In this document: one piece after another, positions 22,198 through 33,523 of the stretch
Layout: the number at the start of each line of letters is the position of its first letter
Numbering within the stretch: position 1 is the stretch's first letter
Assembly: GCF_001194135.2 (NCBI RefSeq)
Contig: NC_068986.1
Coordinates: 79,652,165 to 79,687,739, forward strand
Reading direction: 5' to 3'
Length of the DNA: 35,575 nucleotides
Source of the DNA: Octopus bimaculoides
Taxonomy: Eukaryota
Made by a program: the position numbers and the translations under genes
Notes under the pieces: model-generated
What the model saw: the letters and a program-made list of their open reading frames with translations, nothing else
The model's database searches: none
Told to the model about the DNA's origin: nothing

Positions 22198-22294
22198 ACA
22201 GATAAGGAAATAATTTTATTCTCAAACGCAGGATATTGCTAATAATATAGCATGAACAGGATGCGTTTGAGAATAAAAATATTTCCTTATCTGT
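22198..22294. repeat. Near-perfect inverted repeat (32 of 33 bp arms, 31-nt spacer), MITE-like
   Basis: ACAGATAAGGAAATAATTTTATTCTCAAACGCA against the reverse complement of 22262-22294 has one mismatch. Confidence 0.9.
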
Positions 22295-22361
22295 ATATTT
22301 CAATACGACTCAACGCTTCTAAAGCAAACTTCCTTGACTTTCAACGTAAATTGAATTTAAT

Positions 22362-22382
22362 ATGTGTGTGTGTGTGTGTGTG

Positions 22383-22434
<52 letters not shown>

Positions 22435-22739
22435 NNNNNNNNNNNNNNNNNNNNNNNNNNNNNNNNNNNNNNNNNNNNNNNNNNNNNNNNNNNNNNNNNN
22501 NNNNNNNNNNNNNNNNNNNNNNNNNNNNNNNNNNNNNNNNNNNNNNNNNNNNNNNNNNNNNNNNNNNNNNNNNNNNNNNNNNNNNNNNNNNNNNNNNNNN
22601 NNNNNNNNNNNNNNNNNNNNNNNNNNNNNNNNNNNNNNNNNNNNNNNNNNNNNNNNNNNNNNNNNNNNNNNNNNNNNNNNNNNNNNNNNNNNNNNNNNNN
22701 NNNNNNNNNNNNNNNNNNNNNNNNNNNNNNNNNNNNNNN

Positions 22740-22801
<62 letters not shown>

Positions 22802-23082
22802 GGTCAGGTTGTGAATGATTGTTTTAGAGTTCGTAGTTGACTAAACGAAAGAATGCAGAAATGTATTCGTCCTGAAATCCAACAACGTTATTGATAATCC
22901 GGTATGTGTTTTCACTCCAAATGCACGCGAGCGTGTTAAATATGACTTTAATTGAATATGTACATACATACATACATTCAAACATATATTGCATGCATGC
23001 ATGCATACATACATGCATACACACATACATACATACATACATACATACATACATACATACATACATGCATACGTACATACAT

Positions 23083-23115
<33 letters not shown>

Positions 23116-23337
23116 NNNNNNNNNNNNNNNNNNNNNNNNNNNNNNNNNNNNNNNNNNNNNNNNNNNNNNNNNNNNNNNNNNNNNNNNNNNNNNNNNNNNN
23201 NNNNNNNNNNNNNNNNNNNNNNNNNNNNNNNNNNNNNNNNNNNNNNNNNNNNNNNNNNNNNNNNNNNNNNNNNNNNNNNNNNNNNNNNNNNNNNNNNNNN
23301 NNNNNNNNNNNNNNNNNATATATATATCCATATATGC
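22362..23337. repeat. (TG)n, (TA)n and (CATA)n microsatellite blocks around two gaps
   Basis: Direct reading; a short unique stretch lies at 22800-22958. Confidence 0.85.
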
Positions 23338-23718
23338 ATACACACAAACAAACACCTTGAAAATTGGATTTATGAAACTGAAATCACATATCTTTCCAGG
23401 TGACTGAATTATTGCGCCCACGATTCTGATTTAGTTTCTTCTTTCTCAAACTGTATATGTGTATATGTGATGGAAATTCTTATGCAATTACGCGATGTAT
23501 GCATTTAACAGAACTCACTCAATAGGCAATAGATTACGAGATTTGAATATATTATCATCTTGTACAAGTACAATTTATACAACAGAACATCATATATATC
23601 TTATCTCACCCTCAATTCCGAAGTTATAAATAAAAACAATTGAAAATTAAATTGAAAGATCACTTAAAAGATTTTTTTAGAGTGCATAATTTATTAATTG
23701 TTACATGAGAAAGGTTGA

Positions 23719-23799
23719 CAACGACTTCGAAGTTTCGGTTTACTAACCGCCATCAGGCTCTCTGATGACGGCTAGAATGCGAAAACTTTGTAGTCGCTG
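23719..23799. ncRNA. Divergently oriented pair of degenerate minimal type I hammerhead motifs (Penelope-like terminal remnant)
   Basis: Minus: AGC-CTGATGG-C-GGT-TAGTAA-ACC-GAA-ACTTCGAAGT-C-GTT. Plus: CTGATGA-C-GGC-TAGAAT-GC-GAAA-ACTTTGTAGT-C-GCTG. The two arms are mutually homologous inverted copies. Confidence 0.6.
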
Positions 23800-23844
23800 T
23801 AAACATTTTCATTGTAACTCACACGGAGCCAAACAAACACACAC

Positions 23845-23881
23845 ACACAAACAAACATACGCAAAAACATCCCTACCCCAC

Positions 23882-23921
<40 letters not shown>

Positions 23922-23922
23922 G

Positions 23923-23953
<31 letters not shown>

Positions 23954-24155
23954 CCAGACAGACAGACAGATAGACATTCAGACAGACAGACAGACAGGCA
24001 GATAGATGGGTAGACACAGATATGCTCATATATAATACAAACATAAATACATAATTCATACATACAAACATACACACACACTCGCATACATACATACATA
24101 CATACATACATACATACATACATACGTACGTACGTACGTACGTACGTACATACAT
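23845..24155. repeat. (CA)n, (GATA)n, (GACA)n, (CATA)n and (CGTA)n compound microsatellite block
   Basis: Direct reading. Confidence 0.9.
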
Positions 24156-24419
24156 ATAAGCGAAAAACTCTTCGTCTTTAGTTCATAATGTTTTTAACTT
24201 TTAAAAAATTGTCGGTTAAAAACATCAAAAAATTATATTCATTTGCCTAATGTATTGGAAAATTATCTCATATCGACTCGTTCACTTTCAAATAATATTA
24301 TTTAATCAAATCAACTACAATTTCCTTTAACAAGAAATTGATCAATTAATTATTGCTTTCTTTTGTTCAGGTATCCATGTTTTAATCTATATCTAAGTGA
24401 TAAATTTGTAATTTGAACA

Positions 24420-25200
24420 AGTATAACATTATGCCACTATGGTATCCAGTTAATAAATTCTGTGATCTTTTATTATCTACGATTTCTAACTGCTGCTGAT
24501 TTACACAAGTTTTCTATAGCATAAAAGCTGTGAATATTTTCACAGTAGTTTTCTTCAAAGAATCCTTTAACTATTGACATAGCAAGTCTAATTTCTGTTG
24601 TCGAGACGGTTTGCACCAAATCTTCAACATAACCTTCGTAATTGCTCGCATTATTATCCGTTTATTTTTGCGGTTTCATTCATCATCACGTAGTGTCATA
24701 TACTCTTGAAACTGTCCGTCGGTCTTCATTGCAGGAAGATTAATTGTATACTTTTTCTTCAGATGATTCAGATGAGATGCATCTATAACTATAAAACGAA
24801 AACCATTAAAATAATTGATCTATTGTCGATGTTTTGAGTGTGTTCTATAATTTTGTTATTAGATAAATGAAATCCAGTAATGTGTTTCTTCTTAGCAATA
24901 CAACTTTCTTCTTTTGATGAATCATTTCTCTGTTGATAAATAAAGCCATGTGATAAATATATTTCTTATCATCCAGGTATTCTTGCTGTTTTATGAGCCA
25001 CCGAAAGTATCTTCCTCTCAAAAGAACTAAAACTTTTCTCTCTTCGATCTTTAATAACTTTCTTTTGTCACTTCCTAATGTTTTGGAAATCCCCGTAATT
25101 GTAACTTTCTTTTACCATTCATTTCTTTCTCTTATGCATTCCGTCTTTGGGAGACAAGGAAGGCCCTTTGGCTAAGTATCTTCTGCACGATTTATGTCAT
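24420..25200 (-). mobile_element. Decayed pogo/Tigger (Tc1-mariner superfamily) transposase pseudogene
   Basis: Motifs occur in the expected order on the minus strand: CLPKT (25156-25142), GSDKRKLLKI (25075-25046), KNTWMI (24984-24967; consensus NK.AWM) and C-terminal RR**KITEFI (about 24480-24452; consensus Q.KITDFF). Many stops and frameshifts. Confidence 0.65.
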
Positions 25201-25813
25201 CAAAATAGTGAGTGTCGAACCTCAAGTAATACTGCAGAAGTCAATTATTAGCTGTATTTTTCTTTTCACAATGAAGACTTTTTGAACCTGATATTATATC
25301 TCATTATCCATTGGAACAAACATCGCTTTTCAGGACTGAACTATTCTTTGCTTATATGTTCTCTTATCTCCTTTGTCTTTTCTGGCGGAATTAATCCAAA
25401 TAACAGAATACATTTCGGGCTCATGGCATTGTTAAACATTAGGATCAACCAACATACTTTCATGATTTTTCCCATCATTTTATTTCTGTTCTAATTATTC
25501 TGATTAATTCTTGTAACTTCTTCTTCACCCCATTTCTTCCTACTTCTGAGACATCTGGTCTAGTTACTAATTTGTGTTGATCTAGTTACTAATTGTGTTG
25601 ATCTGCAATTCATAAGTAGCATTTCTGAACTGACATTATTTCTTCTATCATCACTCAGCCACTCGAGAATGAATACATCTTGAACATCGATTCGTTCACA
25701 CTAATGTCGAGCTCATTACTTTATAAAGCAACAAATGTACATATAGCTTATATATTTTCTATTTGGTTCAAGCTTATGTTCTACTGAGATTTTTATTGAT
25801 ATATACATATATG

Positions 25814-25891
<78 letters not shown>

Positions 25892-26381
25892 NNNNNNNNN
25901 NNNNNNNNNNNNNNNNNNNNNNNNNNNNNNNNNNNNNNNNNNNNNNNNNNNNNNNNNNNNNNNNNNNNNNNNNNNNNNNNNNNNNNNNNNNNNNNNNNNN
26001 NNNNNNNNNNNNNNNNNNNNNNNNNNNNNNNNNNNNNNNNNNNNNNNNNNNNNNNNNNNNNNNNNNNNNNNNNNNNNNNNNNNNNNNNNNNNNNNNNNNN
26101 NNNNNNNNNNNNNNNNNNNNNNNNNNNNNNNNNNNNNNNNNNNNNNNNNNNNNNNNNNNNNNNNNNNNNNNNNNNNNNNNNNNNNNNNNNNNNNNNNNNN
26201 NNNNNNNNNNNNNNNNNNNNNNNNNNNNNNNNNNNNNNNNNNNNNNNNNNNNNNNNNNNNNNNNNNNNNNNNNNNNNNNNNNNNNNNNNNNNNNNNNNNN
26301 NNNNNNNNNNNNNNNNNNNNNNNNNNNNNNNNNNNNNNNNNNNNNNNNNNNNNNNNNNNNNNNNNNNNNNNNNNNNNNNNN

Positions 26382-26412
<31 letters not shown>

Positions 26413-26419
26413 CGTCTTG

Positions 26420-26712
26420 GGATTTGGTTTGCTGGATTCTTTATGCAAATGCAACGAAAATCTTAGAAAAATAAAATAAGTAAATGAGTGGAAATTTTAC
26501 CAGTGAGTGTGTTAAATTATAAGGCACTAAAAGTGTATGACTCTCCCCAGACACAAATGCATATATATATAAACGACGGGCTTCTTTCAGTATCCGTCTA
26601 CCAAATCCACCCACAAGGTTTTGGTTGGCCCGAGGCTGTAGTAGAAGACAATTGCCCAAGGTCCCACGTAATGAGATTGAACCTGGAAACAAGTGGTTAA
26701 TAAGCAAGCTAT
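26420..26712 (-). mobile_element. SINE with a family A head and a different 3' body
   Basis: 26570-26712 is the reverse complement of the family A head (CCTTGGGCAATTGTCTTCTACTACAGCCTCGGGCCAACC..GAAAGAAGCCCGTCG). After a short (TA)n it continues TTTGTGTCTGGGGAGAGTCATACACTTTTAGTGCC, unlike the other copies. Confidence 0.75.
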
Positions 26713-26829
26713 TTTATTTTATTATATTGGCTATGAAAGCCGTACACAGATAGAGTAGCTGTGGGCTGGACAAAGACATTAATGAGATGAGATGAATGAT
26801 GAACACGATGATATTAATGAGAGAAAGCA

Positions 26830-27245
26830 GAAGTCGCACAATTCCCACCGACTGTGTTTCGGGACATGCCGACAGTGTCTTAGCAACCACCGACAATGCC
26901 TCGTTTTTCTTTTTCTTTCTTTTCTCCTTTACGACGGGAGGGTGGAGTCCTTCCGTTTACGATGGAAGCTTGGAGTTCTTCTGTTTTGTCCGTTTTCCTT
27001 CCCTCCAGTAGCCTCAGGATCCCTCAATGGGCAACCATTGTTACCCACCTTCTTACTTTTTCGACCTTGCTTCGAGGAGGGCTTCCACCTCCTCGACCGT
27101 CTTTATCTCTCCCTCTGAATGAGGAGGGGAAGGCGTTTCTTGCACTAACTGCTCCAGGAGCCTACGTTGATCCTGGGGACAGTTCTTCTTTATATGACCA
27201 TGTTCCAGGTGCAGGTGTCACTTGGGGTGACGAATACAGGTGACG
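26830..27245 (-). pseudogene. Decayed gag-like/ORF1 fragment with a degenerate CCHC zinc knuckle, possibly Tx1 ORF1
   Basis: Minus frame RHPK*HLHLEHGHIKKNCPQ (knuckle 27220-27179) keeps CX2CX4HX4C spacing, with the first Cys as TGA and the second as His. A low-complexity charged tail follows, and the stretch is GC-richer than its flanks. Confidence 0.4.
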
Positions 27246-27519
27246 AATATACAAATACACAGGTAAAGAAAATTGTAAAACAATGAAAGTAGCTGTAATA
27301 CCTTTTTGGTCCCAGAAATCGTTACAACGGTAAAACGCTGGACAGAATGGTTGACGGAATAAAAAGAGAGTGATAGAGTAAGAGATATAAAGAGAGGAAG
27401 TACAGTGAGAAGTTACAAAGTCAACGAGCCTCACAAGTATTAGAAATAGATATTTGTAAATTAGAAAGAAGTTGAGTTATTGATAGAATGAGGAATGGAG
27501 GGAGGTAAGTGAGAGAGAG

Positions 27520-27660
27520 AGTGAAAAAAGAAGAGTGAGAGAGAGCGTGAAGAAGGAAGAGGAGTGAGAGAGAAAGTGATGAAAGAAGAGGAGTGTAGCA
27601 GAGAGTGAAGAAAGAAGAGGAGTGAGAGAAAGAGAGTGAAGAAGCTAGAGGAGTGACAGA
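27520..27660. repeat. Purine-rich minisatellite, about 27-bp unit x about 5
   Basis: Recurrent GAGAGA..GTGAAGAA..AAGAGGAGT units. Confidence 0.75.
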
Positions 27661-27673
27661 AACTGCATTTAGT

Positions 27674-27820
27674 AAAGAAGTCAATCTTATACACATAAAG
27701 CAATATTATTTATTTTTAATAAAGAAATAAATCAAGAAAATATCATTGTGTCTCAGGCCAAATCATTCCTGCACTCCAAGTAATTCGTGCAGTCGTTTTC
27801 GCGTGAAAAGCGAACACACA
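27674..27820 (+). repeat. About 150-bp dispersed repeat ending CGTGAAAAGCGAACACAC, copy 1
   Basis: Aligns to 29722-29870 (AATCTTAT..ATAAAGCAATATTATTTATTTTT..AAATAAATCAAGA..CGTGAAAAGCGAACACAC). Confidence 0.85.
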
Positions 27821-27835
27821 CATAGCTAGCTAGCG

Positions 27836-27912
<77 letters not shown>

Positions 27913-27930
27913 GATAGGTAGGTAGGTAGA

Positions 27931-29290
27931 TACATTTCTTTTATTAGCCACACAGGCCTCAACGAAGATGGGATAAATACAATGTAGAGCTTTTCTTTTT
28001 GGGAGGGGGAAAGAAAAAAAAGAAAANNNNNNNNNNNNNNNNNNNNNNNNNNNNNNNNNNNNNNNNNNNNNNNNNNNNNNNNNNNNNNNNNNNNNNNNNN
28101 NNNNNNNNNNNNNNNNNNNNNNNNNNNNNNNNNNNNNNNNNNNNNNNNNNNNNNNNNNNNNNNNNNNNNNNNNNNNNNNNNNNNNNNNNNNNNNNNNNNN
28201 NNNNNNNNNNNNNNNNNNNNNNNNNNNNNNNNNNNNNNNNNNNNNNNNNNNNNNNNNNNNNNNNNNNNNNNNNNNNNNNNNNNNNNNNNNNNNNNNNNNN
28301 NNNNNNNNNNNNNNNNNNNNNNNNNNNNNNNNNNNNNNNNNNNNNNNNNNNNNNNNNNNNNNNNNNNNNNNNNNNNNNNNNNNNNNNNNNNNNNNNNNNN
28401 NNNNNNNNNNNNNNNNNNNNNNNNNNNNNNNNNNNNNNNNNNNNNNNNNNNNNNNNNNNNNNNNNNNNNNNNNNNNNNNNNNNNNNNNNNNNNNNNNNNN
28501 NNNNNNNNNNNNNNNNNNNNNNNNNNNNNNNNNNNNNNNNNNNNNNNNNNNNNNNNNNNNNNNNNNNNNNNNNNNNNNNNNNNNNNNNNNNNNNNNNNNN
28601 NNNNNNNNNNNNNNNNNNNNNNNNNNNNNNNNNNNNNNNNNNNNNNNNNNNNNNNNNNNNNNNNNNNNNNNNNNNNNNNNNNNNNNNNNNNNNNNNNNNN
28701 NNNNNNNNNNNNNNNNNNNNNNNNNNNNNNNNNNNNNNNNNNNNNNNNNNNNNNNNNNNNNNNNNNNNNNNNNNNNNNNNNNNNNNNNNNNNNNNNNNNN
28801 NNNNNNNNNNNNNNNNNNNNNNACGATAGACTCGGCTGATAGACCGACTCGTCCCACACGCGATAGCAGTTGTTCGACGTAAGCCCACAGCTCGGAAATG
28901 GTGGGACACTGTACGAGTGCGTGCAGAACGGTTTCGTCGCTCTGCCGGCATCTCGGGCAGGTCGGCCCCGTGTTTCTCGAGCCATGCCTGTAGAGCTTAT
29001 CCCGAACGGGTAGTGCTTCTCGATAGCACTGCCAGGCCAGGGATCTCTGGAAGTTGTCCATAGGTCCCAGGCGGGTCAGGTATTCCTCGTCGATGCCTAG
29101 GTTCACCCCGAGATCGTCGTCGTACCTTCCCTCCACTAATCCACTATAGAATGCGTTAGTTGTGATGCAGTCGCTCAAGGTTGACCCGGGTTGTTGGAGT
29201 TGCCGAAGAGCAACGCAACACTCGCGGTGCCATTCGCCCTTCCTCGGCCTCTTCTTGATCCACGACTGCAGTTCGGTCATGGAGACGAGC
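27931..29290 (-). mobile_element. 5'-truncated Tx1/L1-clade LINE: ORF2 C-terminal zinc-finger region and 3' end, inside (GATA)n
   Basis: Open minus frame 29280-28823 has AWQCYREALPVRDKL..CPRCRQSDETVLHALVQC (CX2CX8HX4C, zf-RVT type). Beyond the gap lie a T-rich 3' UTR, AATAAA (27945-27940) and (TCTA)n. (GATA)n flanks both sides (27836-27916 and 29366-29397). Confidence 0.85.
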
Positions 29291-29365
29291 NNNNNNNNNN
29301 NNNNNNNNNNNNNNNNNNNNNNNNNNNNNNNNNNNNNNNNNNNNNNNNNNNNNATATATATATAA

Positions 29366-29397
<32 letters not shown>

Positions 29398-29721
29398 TAA
29401 CAGAAAACTTCAGAAGAAAGACAAAAAAAGTACTTCCAAAACAACAAAATGTTTCTCTGAGGAACGTGAAGAGTAAGATTTTCAAGCTAAAAATGTATAG
29501 GGAGCTGTGACGTTCATGTTTTTTTTCCCCAGAAACCAAAATGACAATGGGACTGAAATGAAATAGAAGCGGTTAAAATGTAGATATTCATCAACGGTGT
29601 ATTGTATACATAGATAACTGTGTGTAGTTAGCCTCAGTTGTTACGTCGGACTTACATGCATTTGCCTAGTTAGCCACTGTTACTCCATTAGTACCGGATG
29701 TTGACATTGAAAAACCGTTTT

Positions 29722-29863
29722 AAAGAATTTAATCTTATATAAAGCAATATTATTTATTTTTACTAAAAAATAAATCAAGACTATATTATTGCATCCCAGG
29801 TCAAATTATTCATGCACACCAAGTATGGAACCAATTCATACAGCCGCTTGTGCGTGAAAAGCG

Positions 29864-29934
<71 letters not shown>

Positions 29935-29990
29935 ACACGCACGCACACACACACAACACACACGCAAACCACACAAGTCTATTTTATATA
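29722..29990 (+). repeat. Copy 2 of the CGTGAAAAGCGAACAC repeat with following (CA)n (Helitron/HINE-like architecture)
   Basis: Direct repeat of 27674-27820, then (CA)n and an AT-rich end. The family assignment is inferred from architecture only. Confidence 0.7.
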
Positions 29991-31491
29991 CAAGGCATAT
30001 NNNNNNNNNNNNNNNNNNNNNNNNNNNNNNNNNNNNNNNNNNNNNNNNNCATCCGATGAAATTATATAAATTCTCTTTTATATTTTTGAATTACCTAAGA
30101 TAAATCAGTCATTCAACCCAACACTTATTTTGACTACTTTGAACTATTCATTGATAACAAATGGGACCCGACTGATTAAAGAATACATTAATTATGTCAA
30201 TCGCTGCCTCATTTAGTCGATAATGAAAACAACGCAATCGCTTCCATTCATCGTTTGATTTAAAACTGCGTTTTACGAATTTATCAACAAGGAAGGTTCA
30301 TTTATTCAGGAATGTTAGTACGTAGTGAAAAATTTGATAAACATCCATCGCTATCTATACTTTGATAGCCTTTCATTCATTGAAATGGTAAGAATAACAT
30401 TAGAACTGATGACCATTTTGATGTAAGATGTTTGTAAACATCAATACCCGACTGCTATGATTTTTATTCATCGTAAAACCGGAAGCTTTTTGAATTAATT
30501 TATTCATACCGAATCTAATAAATCTTCAACGTATGCCATGTTTCGCCAATCAAAATAGTTGTAAAGAAAAACTTTATACAGTGACCCGAATTTTGTAATT
30601 ATGCAAAACTTATATAAATATAGGCATGTATGTGTGGTGGGGTGAGTATGTATATATTAAATATGTATGTATCATGTATGTATGCATCCATGTCTGGAAT
30701 AATGTCATGAAATATAACTGCAAGCTTCCTAAATCCTACATGAAATCGCTTCCCATACATTCATCATTATCACAAACTCTTCAATAAACACATTAAAATG
30801 AGTCGCAATTTACCCCCAAAATCTGGCTATGACCATAACCAGGATCGACAATCAAAATTTCATATGCACAAATATTCAAACTTATCACCTCAATGCAAGT
30901 CATATAATATATCGTATGCTGTCATTTTAATAAGTGTTTCACAAAGGTGGTTGTATAACTTTACAAGTTAAACTCTGTTGATGGTAATGATAAACAATAT
31001 GTTGATTTTACTGAAGACACTTTTAAATGTATGTGAACACAACACTTATACTTCTTCAGGTATATTAACAAAAGAAACACAGCTTCATTGTCTCAATGTC
31101 TGGGATTCGAAAAAGAAACACACAAGCAATTCTAGAAACAATTCATGCAATGATCCGTATATTAACGTTTTTATTGATGTCGTTTATCAGAAAAGTTAAT
31201 ATGTTCACAATGAAGCATTTTATATATCAATACGAAGGTATATTAATGCATTTAATAATAATCGACTCCCATAGTACTACTTTTAATGTATGTATGTGTG
31301 TATATATATAACAAGAGATAAATGAAGATTAATAAATTAATTTAGTGTAGGTTCGATTAGACAATACTTCTTGGAAAAGGTCTCGTATCATAGAATAACT
31401 AAAATGTAATCCAATTGGATACGAGGAAGAAACCACTGTATGAAAGTAACTACTAACTGTAAATGTGTGTGAACGTTCATTTTTGTTCTTG

Positions 31492-31547
<56 letters not shown>

Positions 31548-31924
31548 TGGAAATGCAACACACCCTAAAGTATTGTGTACAGAAATAAACACATAACACA
31601 TGCAGCATAGTAACACATACTCATAGCCAAAGACTTCCATTTTGACAAGAGCCTACGTAAGGTGAATGTATGTAGAACAAACAAATGTTTTGTCCGCGGG
31701 CAAGATTGCTTAGAAAGAATCTTTGATGGCTGGTAGCCAGCATTAGGCTATCGCACAGACTTCTGGCAGCAACTGGTGAACGAAACAGAGTGATAATGAG
31801 AAGAGAGAGAAAGCGAGAGAGGATTAGAGGATTGTAAGCGTATTTGAATGTGTGAGGGTGCATTTTGGGGAGTATATGTTTGCATATATGTTTGTTTGGG
31901 TGTGGGTATATGTATATTTGTGTA

Positions 31925-32332
31925 TGAATATATATATAAGTATATACACAGATACACAGAGACAGGGAGACAGAGAGAGAGATAGAGAGACACAGAGAGA
32001 GATAGAGACACAGAGAGAGAGACAGACAGAGAGAGAGACAGACAGAGAGAGAGACAGACAGAGAGAGATCTAGCGGGGACTGAAGAAATAGAATAGTAGA
32101 GAGTAAAAATGGGTGACGTGCTGGAAAGATAAACGAAAAAATAAGAGGCATGAACCCGAATGAACACAATCACACGCTTTCTCTTTCTCTCTTTCTCTCT
32201 CTCTATCTCTCTCTCTCTCTCTTTCTCTCTCTATCTCTCTCTCTCTGTCTCTCTCTTCATCCATCCATCCATCCCTCCTTCTATCTATCTATCTATCTAT
32301 CTTTCACTAACACACACATACATGCACAAACA

Positions 32333-32374
<42 letters not shown>
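31925..32374. repeat. (GA)n/(GACA)n, (CT)n, (CTAT)n and (TA)n microsatellite blocks
   Basis: Direct reading. Confidence 0.9.
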
Positions 32375-32645
32375 NNNNNNNNNNNNNNNNNNNNNNNNNN
32401 NNNNNNNNNNNNNNNNNNNNNNNNNNNNNNNNNNNNNNNNNNNNNNNNNNNNNNNNNNNNNNNNNNNNNNNNNNNNNNNNNNNNNNNNNNNNNNNNNNNN
32501 NNNNNNNNNNNNNNNNNNNNNNNNNNNNNNNNNNNNNNNNNNNNNNNNNNNNNNNNNNNNNNNNNNNNNNNNNNNNNNNNNNNNNNNNNNNNNNNNNNNN
32601 NNNNNNNNNNNNNNNNNNNNNNNNNNNNNNNNNNNNNNNNNNNNN

Positions 32646-32755
32646 GAGAGAGATGAGGAGGAGAGAGAGATGAGGAGGAGAGAGAGATGAGGAGGAGAGA
32701 GAGATGAGGAGGAGAGAGAGATGAGGAGGAGAGAGAGATGAGGAGGAGAGAGAGA
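32646..32755. repeat. 15-bp minisatellite (GAGAGAGATGAGGAG)n, about 7 copies
   Basis: Direct reading; starts at a gap edge. Confidence 0.9.
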
Positions 32756-33241
32756 CAGGGAGAGAGAATTAGAGGGAGAGAGAGGCATTAATAAATTTTA
32801 AGACAGAACTGCTCTGATGCCGAAGGACAGGGAGAGCTTTGAAGAATTACGAAAGATATAAGAGTGAGACAGAGAGAAATTAGTAAAAAGTAAAGAGAAG
32901 GAAGAAAGAGACATTATAACAGTATCAATGACGAGGTGCAAAAGGAAGAGGTAGGTAGAAGGAAAAATGCATGAAAGCGGTGGAGTGAGAGGGAGAGTGA
33001 CAGTTACAGAGAAGAGGTAGGACGTATATTTATGTAGGTCTATGCAGAACTGTTTACATGTGCGTATATGTGTGTTTTTTGTGTGCGTGTACGGGTGTGT
33101 ATATGATGTGGATTTGTACTTGTACGTATGTATGATAATATATGTGTAAACACTTTGAAGATTTCTCTGAATGGCTTTTATCTTTGTTGATGTATGTTGT
33201 GCATAAGACATAACTAAATCTTCTGCCCGGCTCAACCAACT

Positions 33242-33289
<48 letters not shown>

Positions 33290-33441
33290 TGCATCTCTCC
33301 CTCTTTCTTTCTTCCTTCGCTCTCTTTCTTCAACATTCTTCTGCCATCTTACAGTCATTCATCTTTTTAGAAAACGATACATCCTAGCTCAAATGTTATG
33401 ATTGTTTTGCTTTCTAACTACCAATCTATCCATATACATGC

Positions 33442-33523
<82 letters not shown>

